Shown: piece after piece, positions 18,427 to 27,549 of the stretch | Layout of the letters: every line of letters starts with the position of its first letter | How positions within the stretch are numbered: position 1 is the stretch's first letter | Sequence record: NC_018855.1 | DNA length: 64,000 bases | Source: Escherichia phage HX01 | Reading direction: 5' to 3' (one strand) | The notes under the pieces: model-generated | What the model was told of the DNA's origin: nothing | What the model saw: only the letters and a program-made list of their open reading frames with translations | Database searches by the model: none | Translations under genes and position numbers: made by a program

Positions 18427-19599
18427 ATGTCTGATTTAAAATCTCGTCTGATTAAAGCTTCTACTTCTAAAATGACTGCAGACTTGACTAAGTCTAAGCT
18501 GTTTAATAATCGTGATGAAGTCCCTACTCGTATTCCGATGTTGAATATTGCATTAGGTGGTGCACTGAATGCCGGGTTGCAATCAGGCTTAACTATTTTT
18601 GCTGCTCCTTCTAAACACTTTAAAACGTTGTTTGGACTGACCATGGTTGCAGCGTATATGAAGAAATATAAAGATGCAATCTGTTTGTTTTATGACTCAG
18701 AATTCGGTGCTTCGGAATCTTATTTTCGTTCAATGGGTGTTGATTTAGACCGTGTAGTTCATACACCAATTCAGTCAGTCGAACAACTTAAAGTTGATAT
18801 GACTAATCAGCTTGACGCGATTGAACGCGGTGATAAAGTTATTATCTTTATCGATTCAATCGGTAATACTGCATCTAAGAAAGAAACTGAAGATGCATTG
18901 AACGAGAAAGTTGTAGGTGATATGTCTCGTGCTAAGGCACTTAAATCTCTTTTCCGTATTGTGACCCCGTATCTGACTATTAAAGATATTCCGTGTGTTG
19001 CAATTAACCATACCGCAATGGAAATTGGCGGATTGTATCCTAAAGAGATTATGGGCGGTGGTACAGGTATTCTTTATTCTGCTAACACTGTATTCTTTAT
19101 CTCTAAACGTCAGGTTAAAGAAGGTACAGAATTGACCGGTTACGACTTCACGTTGAAAGCAGAAAAATCTCGTACAGTTAAAGAGAAATCTACTTTCCCG
19201 ATCACGGTTAATTTCGATGGTGGTATCGACCCATTCAGTGGCTTGCTAGAAATGGCAACTGAAATCGGTTTTGTGGTTAAGCCTAAAGCTGGTTGGTATG
19301 CTCGTGAATTCCTTGACGAAGAAACAGGTGAAATGATTCGTGAAGAAAAATCATGGCGTGCTAAAGCTACTGATTGTGTAGAATTCTGGGGACCTTTGTT
19401 TAAACACAAACCTTTCCGAGATGCAATTGAAACTAAATATAAACTAGGTGCTATCTCTTCTATTAAAGAAGTTGATGACGCTGTTAACGACCTTATTAAT
19501 TGCAAAGCAACAACTAAAGTTCCGGTTAAAACTTCTGATGCTCCGTCTGCAGCAGATATAGAAAACGACCTTGACGAAATGGAAGATTTCGATGAATAA
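18427..19599 (+). CDS. uvsX: UvsX recombinase (RecA/Rad51 family)
   Basis: 390 aa; N-terminus MSDLKSRLIKASTSK and most of the length near-identical to T4 UvsX as recalled. Confidence 0.95.
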   Translation: MSDLKSRLIKASTSKMTADLTKSKLFNNRDEVPTRIPMLNIALGGALNAGLQSGLTIFAAPSKHFKTLFGLTMVAAYMKKYKDAICLFYDSEFGASESYFRSMGVDLDRVVHTPIQSVEQLKVDMTNQLDAIERGDKVIIFIDSIGNTASKKETEDALNEKVVGDMSRAKALKSLFRIVTPYLTIKDIPCVAINHTAMEIGGLYPKEIMGGGTGILYSANTVFFISKRQVKEGTELTGYDFTLKAEKSRTVKEKSTFPITVNFDGGIDPFSGLLEMATEIGFVVKPKAGWYAREFLDEETGEMIREEKSWRAKATDCVEFWGPLFKHKPFRDAIETKYKLGAISSIKEVDDAVNDLINCKATTKVPVKTSDAPSAADIENDLDEMEDFDE

Positions 19600-19933
19600 T
19601 CTCGATGATTTAAATCTAGAAATCGTTGATGAATCCCCTTCTTTGGAAGGGGAGGACATTCGCAAAGAACGAGTGTTTAATGAATCTCTTAAAATTGTCC
19701 GTTCAGCAATGGAAAATGTCATTCAAGAGATTCTGATTACACTTGAAGACGGTTCCCATCATATAGTCTATATTACAAAACTAGACTGGGTTGATGGTAA
19801 AATCGTAATGGACTTTGCAGTTCTTGACCAGGACAGAAAAGCAGAACTTGCACCACATGTTGAAAAATGTGTTACAATGCAAGTACAACAAGCTTTTAAT
19901 GAACGGACCAAGAAAAAATTTAAATTCTTTTAA
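19571..19933 (+). CDS. 40: gp40-like head assembly protein (by synteny)
   Basis: 120-aa ORF between uvsX and gene 41; alternative start at ATG 19592 overlaps the uvsX stop. Confidence 0.5.
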   Translation: MTKWKISMNNLDDLNLEIVDESPSLEGEDIRKERVFNESLKIVRSAMENVIQEILITLEDGSHHIVYITKLDWVDGKIVMDFAVLDQDRKAELAPHVEKCVTMQVQQAFNERTKKKFKFF

Positions 19934-19942
19934 GGAGTTATC

Positions 19943-21385
19943 GTGGTAGAAATTATTTTGTCTCATCTAGTATATGACCAGGCTTATTTTTCTAAGGTCT
20001 GGCCTTATATGGATTCTGAGTACTTTGAGCGTGGACCGGCAAAAAATGTCTTTAAAATTATAAAGAGCCACGTTAACGAATATAATGCAATGCCGTCTAT
20101 CAATGCATTAAAGGTGGCTTTAGATAACAGTTCTTTAACTGAAGCCGAATATAAAGGAACTTCAGACCTAATTGAAAAATTGGCTGATACTCCTGAAGAC
20201 CATGAATGGTTGGTTAAAGAAACTGAGAAATATGTCCAGCAAAAAGCGATGTATAATGCTACGTCCAAAATCATTGAGATTCAGTCTAATGCTGAACTAC
20301 CTCCAGAACAACGTAACAAGAAAATGCCTGATGTAGGAGCTATTCCTGATATTATGCGTCAAGCACTTTCAATTTCGTTTGATAGTTATGTTGGACACGA
20401 CTGGATGGAAGACTATGAAGCACGCTGGCTTTCTTATCTAAACAAAGCACGTAAGGTCCCGTTCAAATTAAACATTCTGAATAAAATCACTAAAGGTGGT
20501 GCTGAAACCGGTACACTGAATGTTTTAATGGCCGGTGTTAACGTTGGTAAATCTTTAGGCCTTTGTTCACTTGCTGCAGATTATCTTCAAACAGGTCATA
20601 ATGTTCTTTATATTTCTATGGAAATGGCTGAAGAAGTTTGTGCTAAGCGTATAGATGCAAACATGCTTGACGTATCACTCGATGATATTGATGATGGTAA
20701 CGTATCTTATGCTGAATATAAAGCCAAGATGGAAAAATGGCGTTCAAAATCCACATTAGGACGTTTAGTAGTTAAACAGTATCCTACTGGCGGAGCTAAT
20801 GCTAATACATTCCGTGCATTGCTTAATGAATTGAAACTCAAGAAGAACTTTGTGCCATCTGTAATCATGGTTGATTACTTAGGTATTTGTGGGTCTTGTC
20901 GTATCAGAGTTTACACTGAAAATAGTTACACATTAGTTAAAGCTATCGCAGAAGAACTTCGTGCATTAGCAGTAGAATCTGAAACAGTTCTATGGACTGC
21001 AGCTCAAGTAGGACGTGCAGCATGGGATGCTTCGGATATGAACATGAGCGATATTGCAGAATCAGCAGGTTTACCAGCAACGGCAGATTTCATGTTGGCC
21101 GTAATTGAAACCGAAGAACTTGCACAAGCTGAACAACAACTTATCAAACAAATCAAATCACGTTATGGTGATAAGAATAAGTGGAATAAATTCCTGATGG
21201 GTGTACGTAAAGGCAACCAGAAATGGATTGAGATTGAGCAAGAAGGCATGAACACACCTAACACAGTAAATGAAAACGCAGGTGCTCAGATGCGTCAGGC
21301 AGAGGTGAATCGTACGGAACGCGTAGGTAAAGCCAAAGCAACACGTGCTGACCTAGATAGCTTAGCCAATGAGTTAAAATTTTAA
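19943..21385 (+). CDS. 41: gp41 replicative DNA helicase (DnaB family)
   Basis: 480 aa with GTG start and GGAG ribosome-binding site; Walker A GVNVGKS, T4 gp41-like N-terminus. Confidence 0.9.
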   Translation: MVEIILSHLVYDQAYFSKVWPYMDSEYFERGPAKNVFKIIKSHVNEYNAMPSINALKVALDNSSLTEAEYKGTSDLIEKLADTPEDHEWLVKETEKYVQQKAMYNATSKIIEIQSNAELPPEQRNKKMPDVGAIPDIMRQALSISFDSYVGHDWMEDYEARWLSYLNKARKVPFKLNILNKITKGGAETGTLNVLMAGVNVGKSLGLCSLAADYLQTGHNVLYISMEMAEEVCAKRIDANMLDVSLDDIDDGNVSYAEYKAKMEKWRSKSTLGRLVVKQYPTGGANANTFRALLNELKLKKNFVPSVIMVDYLGICGSCRIRVYTENSYTLVKAIAEELRALAVESETVLWTAAQVGRAAWDASDMNMSDIAESAGLPATADFMLAVIETEELAQAEQQLIKQIKSRYGDKNKWNKFLMGVRKGNQKWIEIEQEGMNTPNTVNENAGAQMRQAEVNRTERVGKAKATRADLDSLANELKF

Positions 21386-21390
21386 TAAAA

Positions 21391-21408
21391 AGGAGACTTC
21401 GGTCTCCT
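21391..21408 (+). terminator. hairpin after gene 41 (weak terminator)
   Basis: AGGAGAC-ttcg-GTCTCCT stem-loop, short T tract. Confidence 0.35.
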
Positions 21409-21414
21409 TTCGGG

Positions 21415-21444
21415 GTTTACATCTTCCTCTAGGCGTGATATGAT
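21415..21444 (+). promoter_or_regulatory. early promoter (sigma70-type)
   Basis: GTTTAC at -35, 17-nt spacer, TATGAT at -10. Confidence 0.5.
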
Positions 21445-21473
21445 GTACTTACACAAACCAAGAGGAAAACATT

Positions 21474-21848
21474 ATGAATATGTCTCAAGCAATTTTTACT
21501 GCAATCACCGAAAACACAACTGTTGAAGTAGTTTCTCCGCTGGCAACCTACGTTATTCTTGCACCTAAAACTATTGTATCTCGTATGGAAAACATGGGCA
21601 AACGTATCGTACAAATTGTTGGAGCCGGAAATCAAAAACTTGATTATCTACGAACCATCAAAGCTTATGAACATTTCCAACTCGAAAAAGGTTCTCCTAT
21701 CCAGGTAGAACTCGTAAATGGTGATATCGTTCGAGCAATGTTCCATCATTTCTATGCATTGAATGACCCGTCTAAAGCGGTTCGTTTAATTGCATACGAC
21801 GCAAACCAAAACGAAATCAACGCAGATGTATCTAAATTACGTTTTTAA
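21474..21848 (+). CDS. hypothetical early protein (124 aa)
   Basis: ATG ORF with AGAGGAAAA ribosome-binding site downstream of an early promoter. Confidence 0.55.
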   Translation: MNMSQAIFTAITENTTVEVVSPLATYVILAPKTIVSRMENMGKRIVQIVGAGNQKLDYLRTIKAYEHFQLEKGSPIQVELVNGDIVRAMFHHFYALNDPSKAVRLIAYDANQNEINADVSKLRF

Positions 21849-21877
21849 GTTTACTTCTCCGGTAGTTGTGTTATTAT
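21849..21877 (+). promoter_or_regulatory. early promoter
   Basis: GTTTAC, 17-nt spacer, TATTAT, followed by the recurring AGACCTATCAA motif. Confidence 0.5.
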
Positions 21878-21903
21878 AGACCTATCAACTACTGGAGAAC
21901 AAA

Positions 21904-22221
21904 ATGAAAACCATCGATTGTAAAGCAGAATTTAAGATTTTTTATCACGGTTCAAGTAGTTCAGCTAACATCGAAAACATGCTTTGTCCTCCTGAGGAAA
22001 CAGGAGTTCTGTCTGAAACTGGACGTAAGAAAAACTTGGATCGTGTATTCTTTACTGAAGATATCGGTTTAGCAAAGATTTATGCAGGACGAGCAGCACG
22101 CTCTTATGGAGGTGAACCACGTCTCTATCGAGTAATTTCTCCGGTAGACGTAGTTCAAATGAATAATACTAAAGGTGCTACAGTTTATCACGCTGAATGG
22201 GCATTTTGCGAGGAAATATGA
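21904..22221 (+). CDS. hypothetical early protein (105 aa)
   Basis: ATG ORF with GGAG ribosome-binding site. Confidence 0.55.
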   Translation: MKTIDCKAEFKIFYHGSSSSANIENMLCPPEETGVLSETGRKKNLDRVFFTEDIGLAKIYAGRAARSYGGEPRLYRVISPVDVVQMNNTKGATVYHAEWAFCEEI

Positions 22222-22409
22222 GCAAATTAACTAAAGTTACTTTTACCGGTTGGTTTAAAAGCGGTGAGATGTTCACTAAAGATATCATGTTATCAGGTGA
22301 TCGCGAAGAAATCGAGTGGGTTGCGGTACAACTTGCTGAAGTGAACAAAGCATTAGTTAAAGCATTTGTTAATGACGAGAAAGTTTTTGAAGCTGATTTC
22401 AGAGGATAA
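22218..22409 (+). CDS. dmd: Dmd-like antitoxin (discriminator of mRNA degradation)
   Basis: Track ORF trimmed to ATG 22218 (ATGA overlap, GAGGA ribosome-binding site); the 63-aa product (KVTFTGWFKSGEMFTKDIM...AEVNKALVKAF) resembles T4 Dmd as recalled. Confidence 0.55.
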   Translation: MSKLTKVTFTGWFKSGEMFTKDIMLSGDREEIEWVAVQLAEVNKALVKAFVNDEKVFEADFRG

Positions 22410-22410
22410 T

Positions 22411-22623
22411 ATGTATTCAACCGTGTTTAAACCATCAACATACGAATTTGCATCAACTACACAATGGAAAGCTCTTATTCTGGAAGGATGGGAACTAATG
22501 ATGGACTGTGAAGCATCTGAAAAGTTTCCACACGGCAAAGTGGACTTCGTTAAATTTGCTGTACGTCCGACTAAACGACAGATTCGTCAAGAAAAACGCA
22601 AATTTCGCAAAAGTTTAAAATAG
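22411..22623 (+). CDS. hypothetical protein (70 aa)
   Basis: Track ORF trimmed to ATG 22411 with GAGGA ribosome-binding site, 1 nt after the dmd stop. Confidence 0.45.
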   Translation: MYSTVFKPSTYEFASTTQWKALILEGWELMMDCEASEKFPHGKVDFVKFAVRPTKRQIRQEKRKFRKSLK

Positions 22624-22625
22624 CT

Positions 22626-22655
22626 GTTTACAAGCATCGCATACTGTGTTACTAT
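22626..22655 (+). promoter_or_regulatory. early promoter
   Basis: GTTTAC, 17-nt spacer, TACTAT-like -10. Confidence 0.4.
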
Positions 22656-22683
22656 CTTTCTATCAACTACAGAGGAAATTGAA

Positions 22684-23052
22684 ATGAAAAAATTAATCGC
22701 TTTAGCAATGGTATTTGGATTAACCGGATGTGGTGCCAACGGCTTTATCCCTAATAATGTTGGGCAACTGATTTACAATCCGAATGTTAAACAGTATGAC
22801 CAACCTAAAGTTGAAGTGGAAGACCCGGTTACTGTAGGTAATCGAATGATTCAAGCTGATGCCCATGCTCAACATTATCGTGACTCTGATACTGTAGCAT
22901 TGCCAAAAGAACAACGCGTTAAAGAACATTGTCTACAGGCTACTGAAATCGCATTCATTCGCTATGTTGAAACAACTGGTAAAGAGCCTACCCAGAAACA
23001 AATCGCAAATAACTACGTCCAGTGTATTGAACGTTTAAACAAATTTAATTAA
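22684..23052 (+). CDS. putative lipoprotein (122 aa)
   Basis: N-terminal signal peptide with lipobox LTGC. Confidence 0.55.
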   Translation: MKKLIALAMVFGLTGCGANGFIPNNVGQLIYNPNVKQYDQPKVEVEDPVTVGNRMIQADAHAQHYRDSDTVALPKEQRVKEHCLQATEIAFIRYVETTGKEPTQKQIANNYVQCIERLNKFN

Positions 23053-23055
23053 TTG

Positions 23056-23086
23056 GTTTACGCCAAAGTTAAAACAAGATATTATA
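23056..23086 (+). promoter_or_regulatory. early promoter
   Basis: GTTTAC, 17-nt spacer, TATTAT-like -10. Confidence 0.4.
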
Positions 23087-23113
23087 AACATAACAAATCA
23101 AGAGGAAATTAAC

Positions 23114-23362
23114 ATGGAATTATTCGTAGCTAGTTCAGTAGCGGTTTTAATCGCAGGTATTGGTTCAATCATCATTTACATGTTGCCTTGGGTAATCGCA
23201 CTTATTCGTGGCACAAAAAGCACAACAGCAATCTTTTTTGTATCTTTACTCTTTAACTGGACGATGATTGGTTGGATTGGAACTTTAATTTGGTCTATCG
23301 TTGCCGAAAAGAAATCTGCCCAGCAGCCTCAACAAGTAATTATTATTCGCGAAAAAGAATAA
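23114..23362 (+). CDS. Imm-family superinfection-immunity-like membrane protein (82 aa)
   Basis: Two transmembrane segments and a LPWVIALIRG...LLFNWTMIGWIGTLIW pattern typical of the phage superinfection immunity family as I recall it. Confidence 0.45.
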   Translation: MELFVASSVAVLIAGIGSIIIYMLPWVIALIRGTKSTTAIFFVSLLFNWTMIGWIGTLIWSIVAEKKSAQQPQQVIIIREKE

Positions 23363-23366
23363 ACTT

Positions 23367-23396
23367 GTTTACATTATAGATGGACTATAGTATAGT
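23367..23396 (+). promoter_or_regulatory. early promoter
   Basis: GTTTAC, 17-nt spacer, TATAGT, followed by TAGTCCTATC motif. Confidence 0.5.
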
Positions 23397-23425
23397 AGTC
23401 CTATCAAATCAACTAAGGAGTTAAA

Positions 23426-23719
23426 ATGAAAAAGTTATCATTGGCAGCAATCTTACTTGCAGTATCATGTGCACCAGCTCCAGTTACGGCAGGTTATGAT
23501 AAAGACCTCTGTGAGTGGTCAATGACTGCAAATCAAGAAGATGTTGAACAACAAATCTTCTCTGATATCATGAACATCACTAAACGAGACCGTCCTAATA
23601 TGGTTAATAAAGTTGTTGAACAACTTAAGTCTGGCGGTATCATGCAGTACAACTATGTTTTGTATTGTGACCCTAATTTCGATAACAAAGATATCGTAAC
23701 CGAAATCACAGGTGAATAA
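23426..23719 (+). CDS. sp: Spackle (Sp) periplasmic protein
   Basis: 97 aa, same as T4 Sp; signal peptide, then GYDKDLCEWSMTA...KSGGIMQYNYVLYCD closely matches T4 Sp as recalled. Confidence 0.75.
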   Translation: MKKLSLAAILLAVSCAPAPVTAGYDKDLCEWSMTANQEDVEQQIFSDIMNITKRDRPNMVNKVVEQLKSGGIMQYNYVLYCDPNFDNKDIVTEITGE

Positions 23720-23720
23720 T

Positions 23721-24371
23721 ATGATTTATTATATGCACAAAAATGCGCCATTTAAATATGGTAAATTTCCTAATGCACAATGTTATAATATAACGCCGAA
23801 CGAAAATAATAACGGATATCATATTGGTGTAATTTTTGTAATTGTTAAAGATAACGAAATCGTTGCCTGGGCAGATTTTAAAGGTACAACATATGATGTT
23901 AATCCTGTGCCTTTCACATATTACAATATAATGGATTTGGCATATGATTATAATTGGTTTAATCATGACACGTTGGCTCATATTGAAGGTGTAGGATTTG
24001 ACATCTCTTATTCTAGCTATTCATTATGTCCTATGAGCCGAGCTCACGGTAAAGATGCCTCATATTTTTCATTTCGGAAACGTGTAAACTTCAAACGTAG
24101 TACAGAGTATGTTGGTGGACTCTTTGTTAAAGATAATAAAATAACCCGTATTAGTTATCCTCTAAGTGTAGGTCAAAAAGATGTTGATGTTGATTTAGAC
24201 TTAACCGAAAATAACATTAATCATATTGCTTCTGTATATTTTGATATCGATGAAAAAATTGTAGTGTGTGGATACGAATTACCACCTGAAGAAAAGGCTG
24301 AAGCAATTGAAGTCGAATTAGAAATTTCTGTTGACGACCAAATATTTAATGCATTTATGAATCGAGGTTAA
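23721..24371 (+). CDS. hypothetical protein (216 aa), 61.2-like by position
   Basis: Track GTG start 23712 trimmed to ATG 23721. Confidence 0.5.
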   Translation: MIYYMHKNAPFKYGKFPNAQCYNITPNENNNGYHIGVIFVIVKDNEIVAWADFKGTTYDVNPVPFTYYNIMDLAYDYNWFNHDTLAHIEGVGFDISYSSYSLCPMSRAHGKDASYFSFRKRVNFKRSTEYVGGLFVKDNKITRISYPLSVGQKDVDVDLDLTENNINHIASVYFDIDEKIVVCGYELPPEEKAEAIEVELEISVDDQIFNAFMNRG

Positions 24372-24372
24372 A

Positions 24373-24570
24373 ATGACTACTGCAATTTGCACTGGTTCTA
24401 AAATTAGTGTTTTTACAAGTTTTGAAGATTATGAAGTTGTTTCAAAACACCAATACCATATTAGCGTAAAAGCTAATGATGGTGTAATTTGGAATATTCC
24501 ACAGTATGAAGGCACTACATATGAAGTCACAGATATAAATGGTGACAAAGCAATCTTTGTAATTGATTAA
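24373..24570 (+). CDS. hypothetical protein (65 aa)
   Basis: ATG ORF 1 nt after the upstream stop. Confidence 0.45.
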   Translation: MTTAICTGSKISVFTSFEDYEVVSKHQYHISVKANDGVIWNIPQYEGTTYEVTDINGDKAIFVID

Positions 24571-24589
24571 ATATACTCAGGAGGTACCT

Positions 24590-25057
24590 ATGGGTATTAT
24601 TAACACTGCAATAGATTCTGTTTATGCATATAAGTTTATTCGACTAATGCAAAAACCTTTTACCGAATGGAAAGCGTACGAAGCCAAAATCATCGATGAA
24701 CGTGGAAGTGTTCTTAAACGTCCTTCTACTCCTGAAGAGAAAGCGGCTTATACACCTTTTCATGCTTCAGTTCGTTCAATGAAGCGAATGATGAGCACTG
24801 TTCCCGGTCTTAATGGAATGGCCTCAATGATGTCTGCCTGGAGTGCTGTAGCTTCACGCTATAACATTACGGAAGAACAACAGAAAGAAATATTTAAAGA
24901 ACTCCCTTTATTTGAGGATATGGTTGCTGGTGATTCAGGCGGCAGTCCTCAAGCTATTGCATCAGGAACAACTACAGGTGCAGTCGTAAATAAAGGTCCA
25001 GAACAAATTCCTTCCAAGAAAAGAAAGCGAATTAAAGTAAATATTAATAAGTTGTGA
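24590..25057 (+). CDS. hypothetical protein (155 aa)
   Basis: Track ORF trimmed to the ATG preceded by a strong GGAGGT ribosome-binding site. Confidence 0.5.
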   Translation: MGIINTAIDSVYAYKFIRLMQKPFTEWKAYEAKIIDERGSVLKRPSTPEEKAAYTPFHASVRSMKRMMSTVPGLNGMASMMSAWSAVASRYNITEEQQKEIFKELPLFEDMVAGDSGGSPQAIASGTTTGAVVNKGPEQIPSKKRKRIKVNINKL

Positions 25058-25096
25058 TATGATGGCCTTATTAATTTAAGGCCTCTGGAGAATACT

Positions 25097-26119
25097 ATGG
25101 CTGAATGGATAGATAATGAATTTGCTTATCGTGCGTTTTCTCACCTCCCTCGTTTTAGACAAATCAATAATTCAAGCACATTTAAATTAACATTTCGTTG
25201 TCCAGTTTGTGGCGACTCCCAGACAGATGCAATGAAAGCTCGCGGATGGTATTATGGCGGTACTCCTGGTAATGTACATTGCTATAACTGCCAATACCAC
25301 AATACAATTTCCGGATACTTAAAAGAGTATGATGAAGAGCTTTACCGCGAATATCTAATGGAAGTTCGTAAAGAAAAAGCTAGAATGGAACCAAAGATTG
25401 AAAAGGTTCCTGAACATAAACCAGAACCGGAGAAAAAGACTATAAATTCTTTGCCGTCTTGTTCTCGTCTGGACAAGCTGCCTGAAGAGCATCCTATTGT
25501 GAAATATGTTAAGTCTCGATGCATTCCTAAAGAATCATGGAACAGATTATGGTTCACATTAGAATGGCCCAAATTGGTCAACAAGATTCAACCCGGTACG
25601 TATAAGAAAGAGATTCCGGAACCACGTTTAGTGATTCCTATTTTTAATAAAGACGGGAAGGCTGAATCATTCCAAGGGCGTGCACTTCGTAAAGATGCTC
25701 CTCAGAAATATATCACTATTAAAGCGTTTGAGTCTGCAACAAAAATTTATGGTGTTGAACGTGTTAAGGAAGGAGACGTCTGGGTAATGGAAGGCCCTAT
25801 TGATAGTTTATTCATACCCAACGCAATCGCTATTACAGGCGGCTCAATAGATTTAGATGTGGTACCATTTAAAGAACGTCGGGTATGGGTAATGGATAAT
25901 GAACCTAGGCATCCGGATACTATAGCTCGCATGAAGCGATTAGTTGATGCAGGCGAACGTGTCATGTTCTGGGACCGAGCTCCGTGGAGATCAAAGGATG
26001 TGAATGATATGGTAATGAAAGAAAATGCAACACCACAAGAAATTTTAGAATATATGAAACAGAATATTTCAAGTGGGTTGCATGCTAAAATGAGATTATC
26101 TCGTTATTCGAAGATTTAA
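25097..26119 (+). CDS. 61: gp61 DNA primase
   Basis: 340 aa; N-terminal zinc ribbon (CPVCGDS...CYNC) and TOPRIM-like region; syntenic with T4 gene 61. Confidence 0.85.
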   Translation: MAEWIDNEFAYRAFSHLPRFRQINNSSTFKLTFRCPVCGDSQTDAMKARGWYYGGTPGNVHCYNCQYHNTISGYLKEYDEELYREYLMEVRKEKARMEPKIEKVPEHKPEPEKKTINSLPSCSRLDKLPEEHPIVKYVKSRCIPKESWNRLWFTLEWPKLVNKIQPGTYKKEIPEPRLVIPIFNKDGKAESFQGRALRKDAPQKYITIKAFESATKIYGVERVKEGDVWVMEGPIDSLFIPNAIAITGGSIDLDVVPFKERRVWVMDNEPRHPDTIARMKRLVDAGERVMFWDRAPWRSKDVNDMVMKENATPQEILEYMKQNISSGLHAKMRLSRYSKI

Positions 26120-26313
26120 ACAAGCCCTATAATAGCAAAGGCCAAATCAACTACAGTATCCAATGGAACAGAAGGAACTATAATACCATGGGCAACTAAC
26201 AATGGTGCAATCCCGAAGTTCCATGAAATAATGCCACCTACAACTATTGCAGCGATAGCAGTTTTCTTTTTATTGCCTTTAATAGCGTTGATTAACGATG
26301 GAAGTTTAAACAT
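26116..26313 (-). CDS. small membrane protein (65 aa) on the opposite strand
   Basis: Minus-strand ORF with strong AAGGAG ribosome-binding site 6 nt upstream of its ATG; Gly/Ala/Ile-rich hydrophobic product; convergent with and overlapping the gene 61 stop by 4 nt. Confidence 0.45.
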   Translation of the reverse strand: MFKLPSLINAIKGNKKKTAIAAIVVGGIISWNFGIAPLLVAHGIIVPSVPLDTVVDLAFAIIGLV

Positions 26314-26403
26314 AATATCTCCTTAGTTACCTTATTATTTATTACGCTTTATAAAATTAATGTTAGAATTAACTTCTCTTATACTGAATTGAAAGGAAAA
26401 ATA

Positions 26404-26925
26404 ATGGCACACTTTAACGAATGTTCACAACTTATTTCTGGTGTTGATAAAGCAGAAGAAGCTTATTTTAATGCTCTGATTCACGAAGATAAAGACCCAC
26501 TGCAGGTAATGCTTGATATGCAGAAATCTTTACAGGTTCGTCTGGCAAATGACAAGCCTGAACATAACAAACATCCTGATGAATTAGCCACTGCTGGCGA
26601 TGTTGTTGATTGGCTGCGTAATCAGAAAGATTATATTGATGATGAATTCCGTGAACTGCTGACTTCACTTGGTGGTATGAGCAATGGTGAAAAAGCCGCT
26701 AGCTCTGTATGGAAGCCGTGGAAGGCACAACATGCTGAATATCGAAATCGTCGTATCGATGAACTGTCTCCTGAAGACCAGCTTGAAATTAAATTCGAGA
26801 TGATTGATATCCTCCACTTTGTTCTGAATATGTTCCAAGGTCTGGGTCTTTCCGCTGAAGAAATCTTTAAACTGTATTACCTGAAAAACCAACACAACTT
26901 TGAACGCCAGGATAATGGTTACTGA
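26404..26925 (+). CDS. 56: gp56 dCTPase/dUTPase (dCTP pyrophosphatase)
   Basis: Track TTG start 26389 trimmed to ATG 26404; MAHFNECSQLI...PLQVMLDMQ...ETAGDVVDWLR...DDEFRELLTSLG...EDQLEIKFE closely matches T4 gp56. Confidence 0.9.
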   Translation: MAHFNECSQLISGVDKAEEAYFNALIHEDKDPLQVMLDMQKSLQVRLANDKPEHNKHPDELATAGDVVDWLRNQKDYIDDEFRELLTSLGGMSNGEKAASSVWKPWKAQHAEYRNRRIDELSPEDQLEIKFEMIDILHFVLNMFQGLGLSAEEIFKLYYLKNQHNFERQDNGY

Positions 26926-26931
26926 TTAAGT

Positions 26932-26939
26932 TATAAATA
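26932..26939 (+). promoter_or_regulatory. late promoter (TATAAATA) for soc
   Basis: Exact TATAAATA 32 nt upstream of the soc ATG. Confidence 0.55.
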
Positions 26940-26970
26940 CACCTGTAATTAAACAACAAAGGAGTTAATT

Positions 26971-27207
26971 ATGGGTGGTTACGTTAATATTAAAACCTTT
27001 ACACGTCCGGCTGGTGAAGGCAAAGAAGTTAAAGGTATGGAAGTTTCTGTACCGTTTGAGATTTATTCAAACGAACATCGGATTGCGGATTCTCATTACC
27101 AAATCTTTCCATCAGAAAAGGCAGCATATTCTACTGTAGTTTCTGATGCAGCTGATTGGAAAACTAAGAACGCTGCAATGTTTACCCCTACACCAGTAAG
27201 CGGTTAA
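26971..27207 (+). CDS. soc: Soc small outer capsid protein
   Basis: 78 aa; GYVNIKTF...VSVPFEIYSNEHRIADSHYQIFPSEKAAYSTV resembles T4 Soc as recalled; preceded by a late promoter and AAAGGAG ribosome-binding site. Confidence 0.8.
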   Translation: MGGYVNIKTFTRPAGEGKEVKGMEVSVPFEIYSNEHRIADSHYQIFPSEKAAYSTVVSDAADWKTKNAAMFTPTPVSG

Positions 27208-27217
27208 ATAATTTAAG

Positions 27218-27242
27218 GAATCCTTCGGGATTCCTTTTTTTG
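27218..27242 (+). terminator. rho-independent terminator
   Basis: GGAATCC-ttcg-GGATTCC hairpin followed by TTTTTTT. Confidence 0.7.
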
Positions 27243-27250
27243 TTTCTACA

Positions 27251-27280
27251 GTTTACATCCACTAAAAACTGTGTTAAGAT
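27251..27280 (+). promoter_or_regulatory. early promoter
   Basis: GTTTAC, 17-nt spacer, TAAGAT. Confidence 0.45.
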
Positions 27281-27308
27281 ATTCTTACTTACTCAAGAGG
27301 AGAACAAT

Positions 27309-27536
27309 ATGTTAAATCGCTGGATTAAACCTAATAACACATTAGGTGCTTTGATTGCTCAAGAAGTTTCGTTGAAATATGGTCTTGGATATTATGATGA
27401 TGTAGTCGTACACTCATTCATGATGGATGGTGAAGACATCAAATTTAATGCCGAAATTCGTTGGGACGATGGTGGTGTTCGTTTTGTTCGAGGAACAATT
27501 AATGCTTACAATGCTGAAGAAGTTGTTTGCTGTTAA
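27309..27536 (+). CDS. hypothetical protein (75 aa)
   Basis: Track TTG start 27240 runs through the terminator and promoter; trimmed to ATG 27309 with AGAGGAG ribosome-binding site. Confidence 0.5.
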   Translation: MLNRWIKPNNTLGALIAQEVSLKYGLGYYDDVVVHSFMMDGEDIKFNAEIRWDDGGVRFVRGTINAYNAEEVVCC

Positions 27537-27549
27537 ACCAGGCGAAGGT

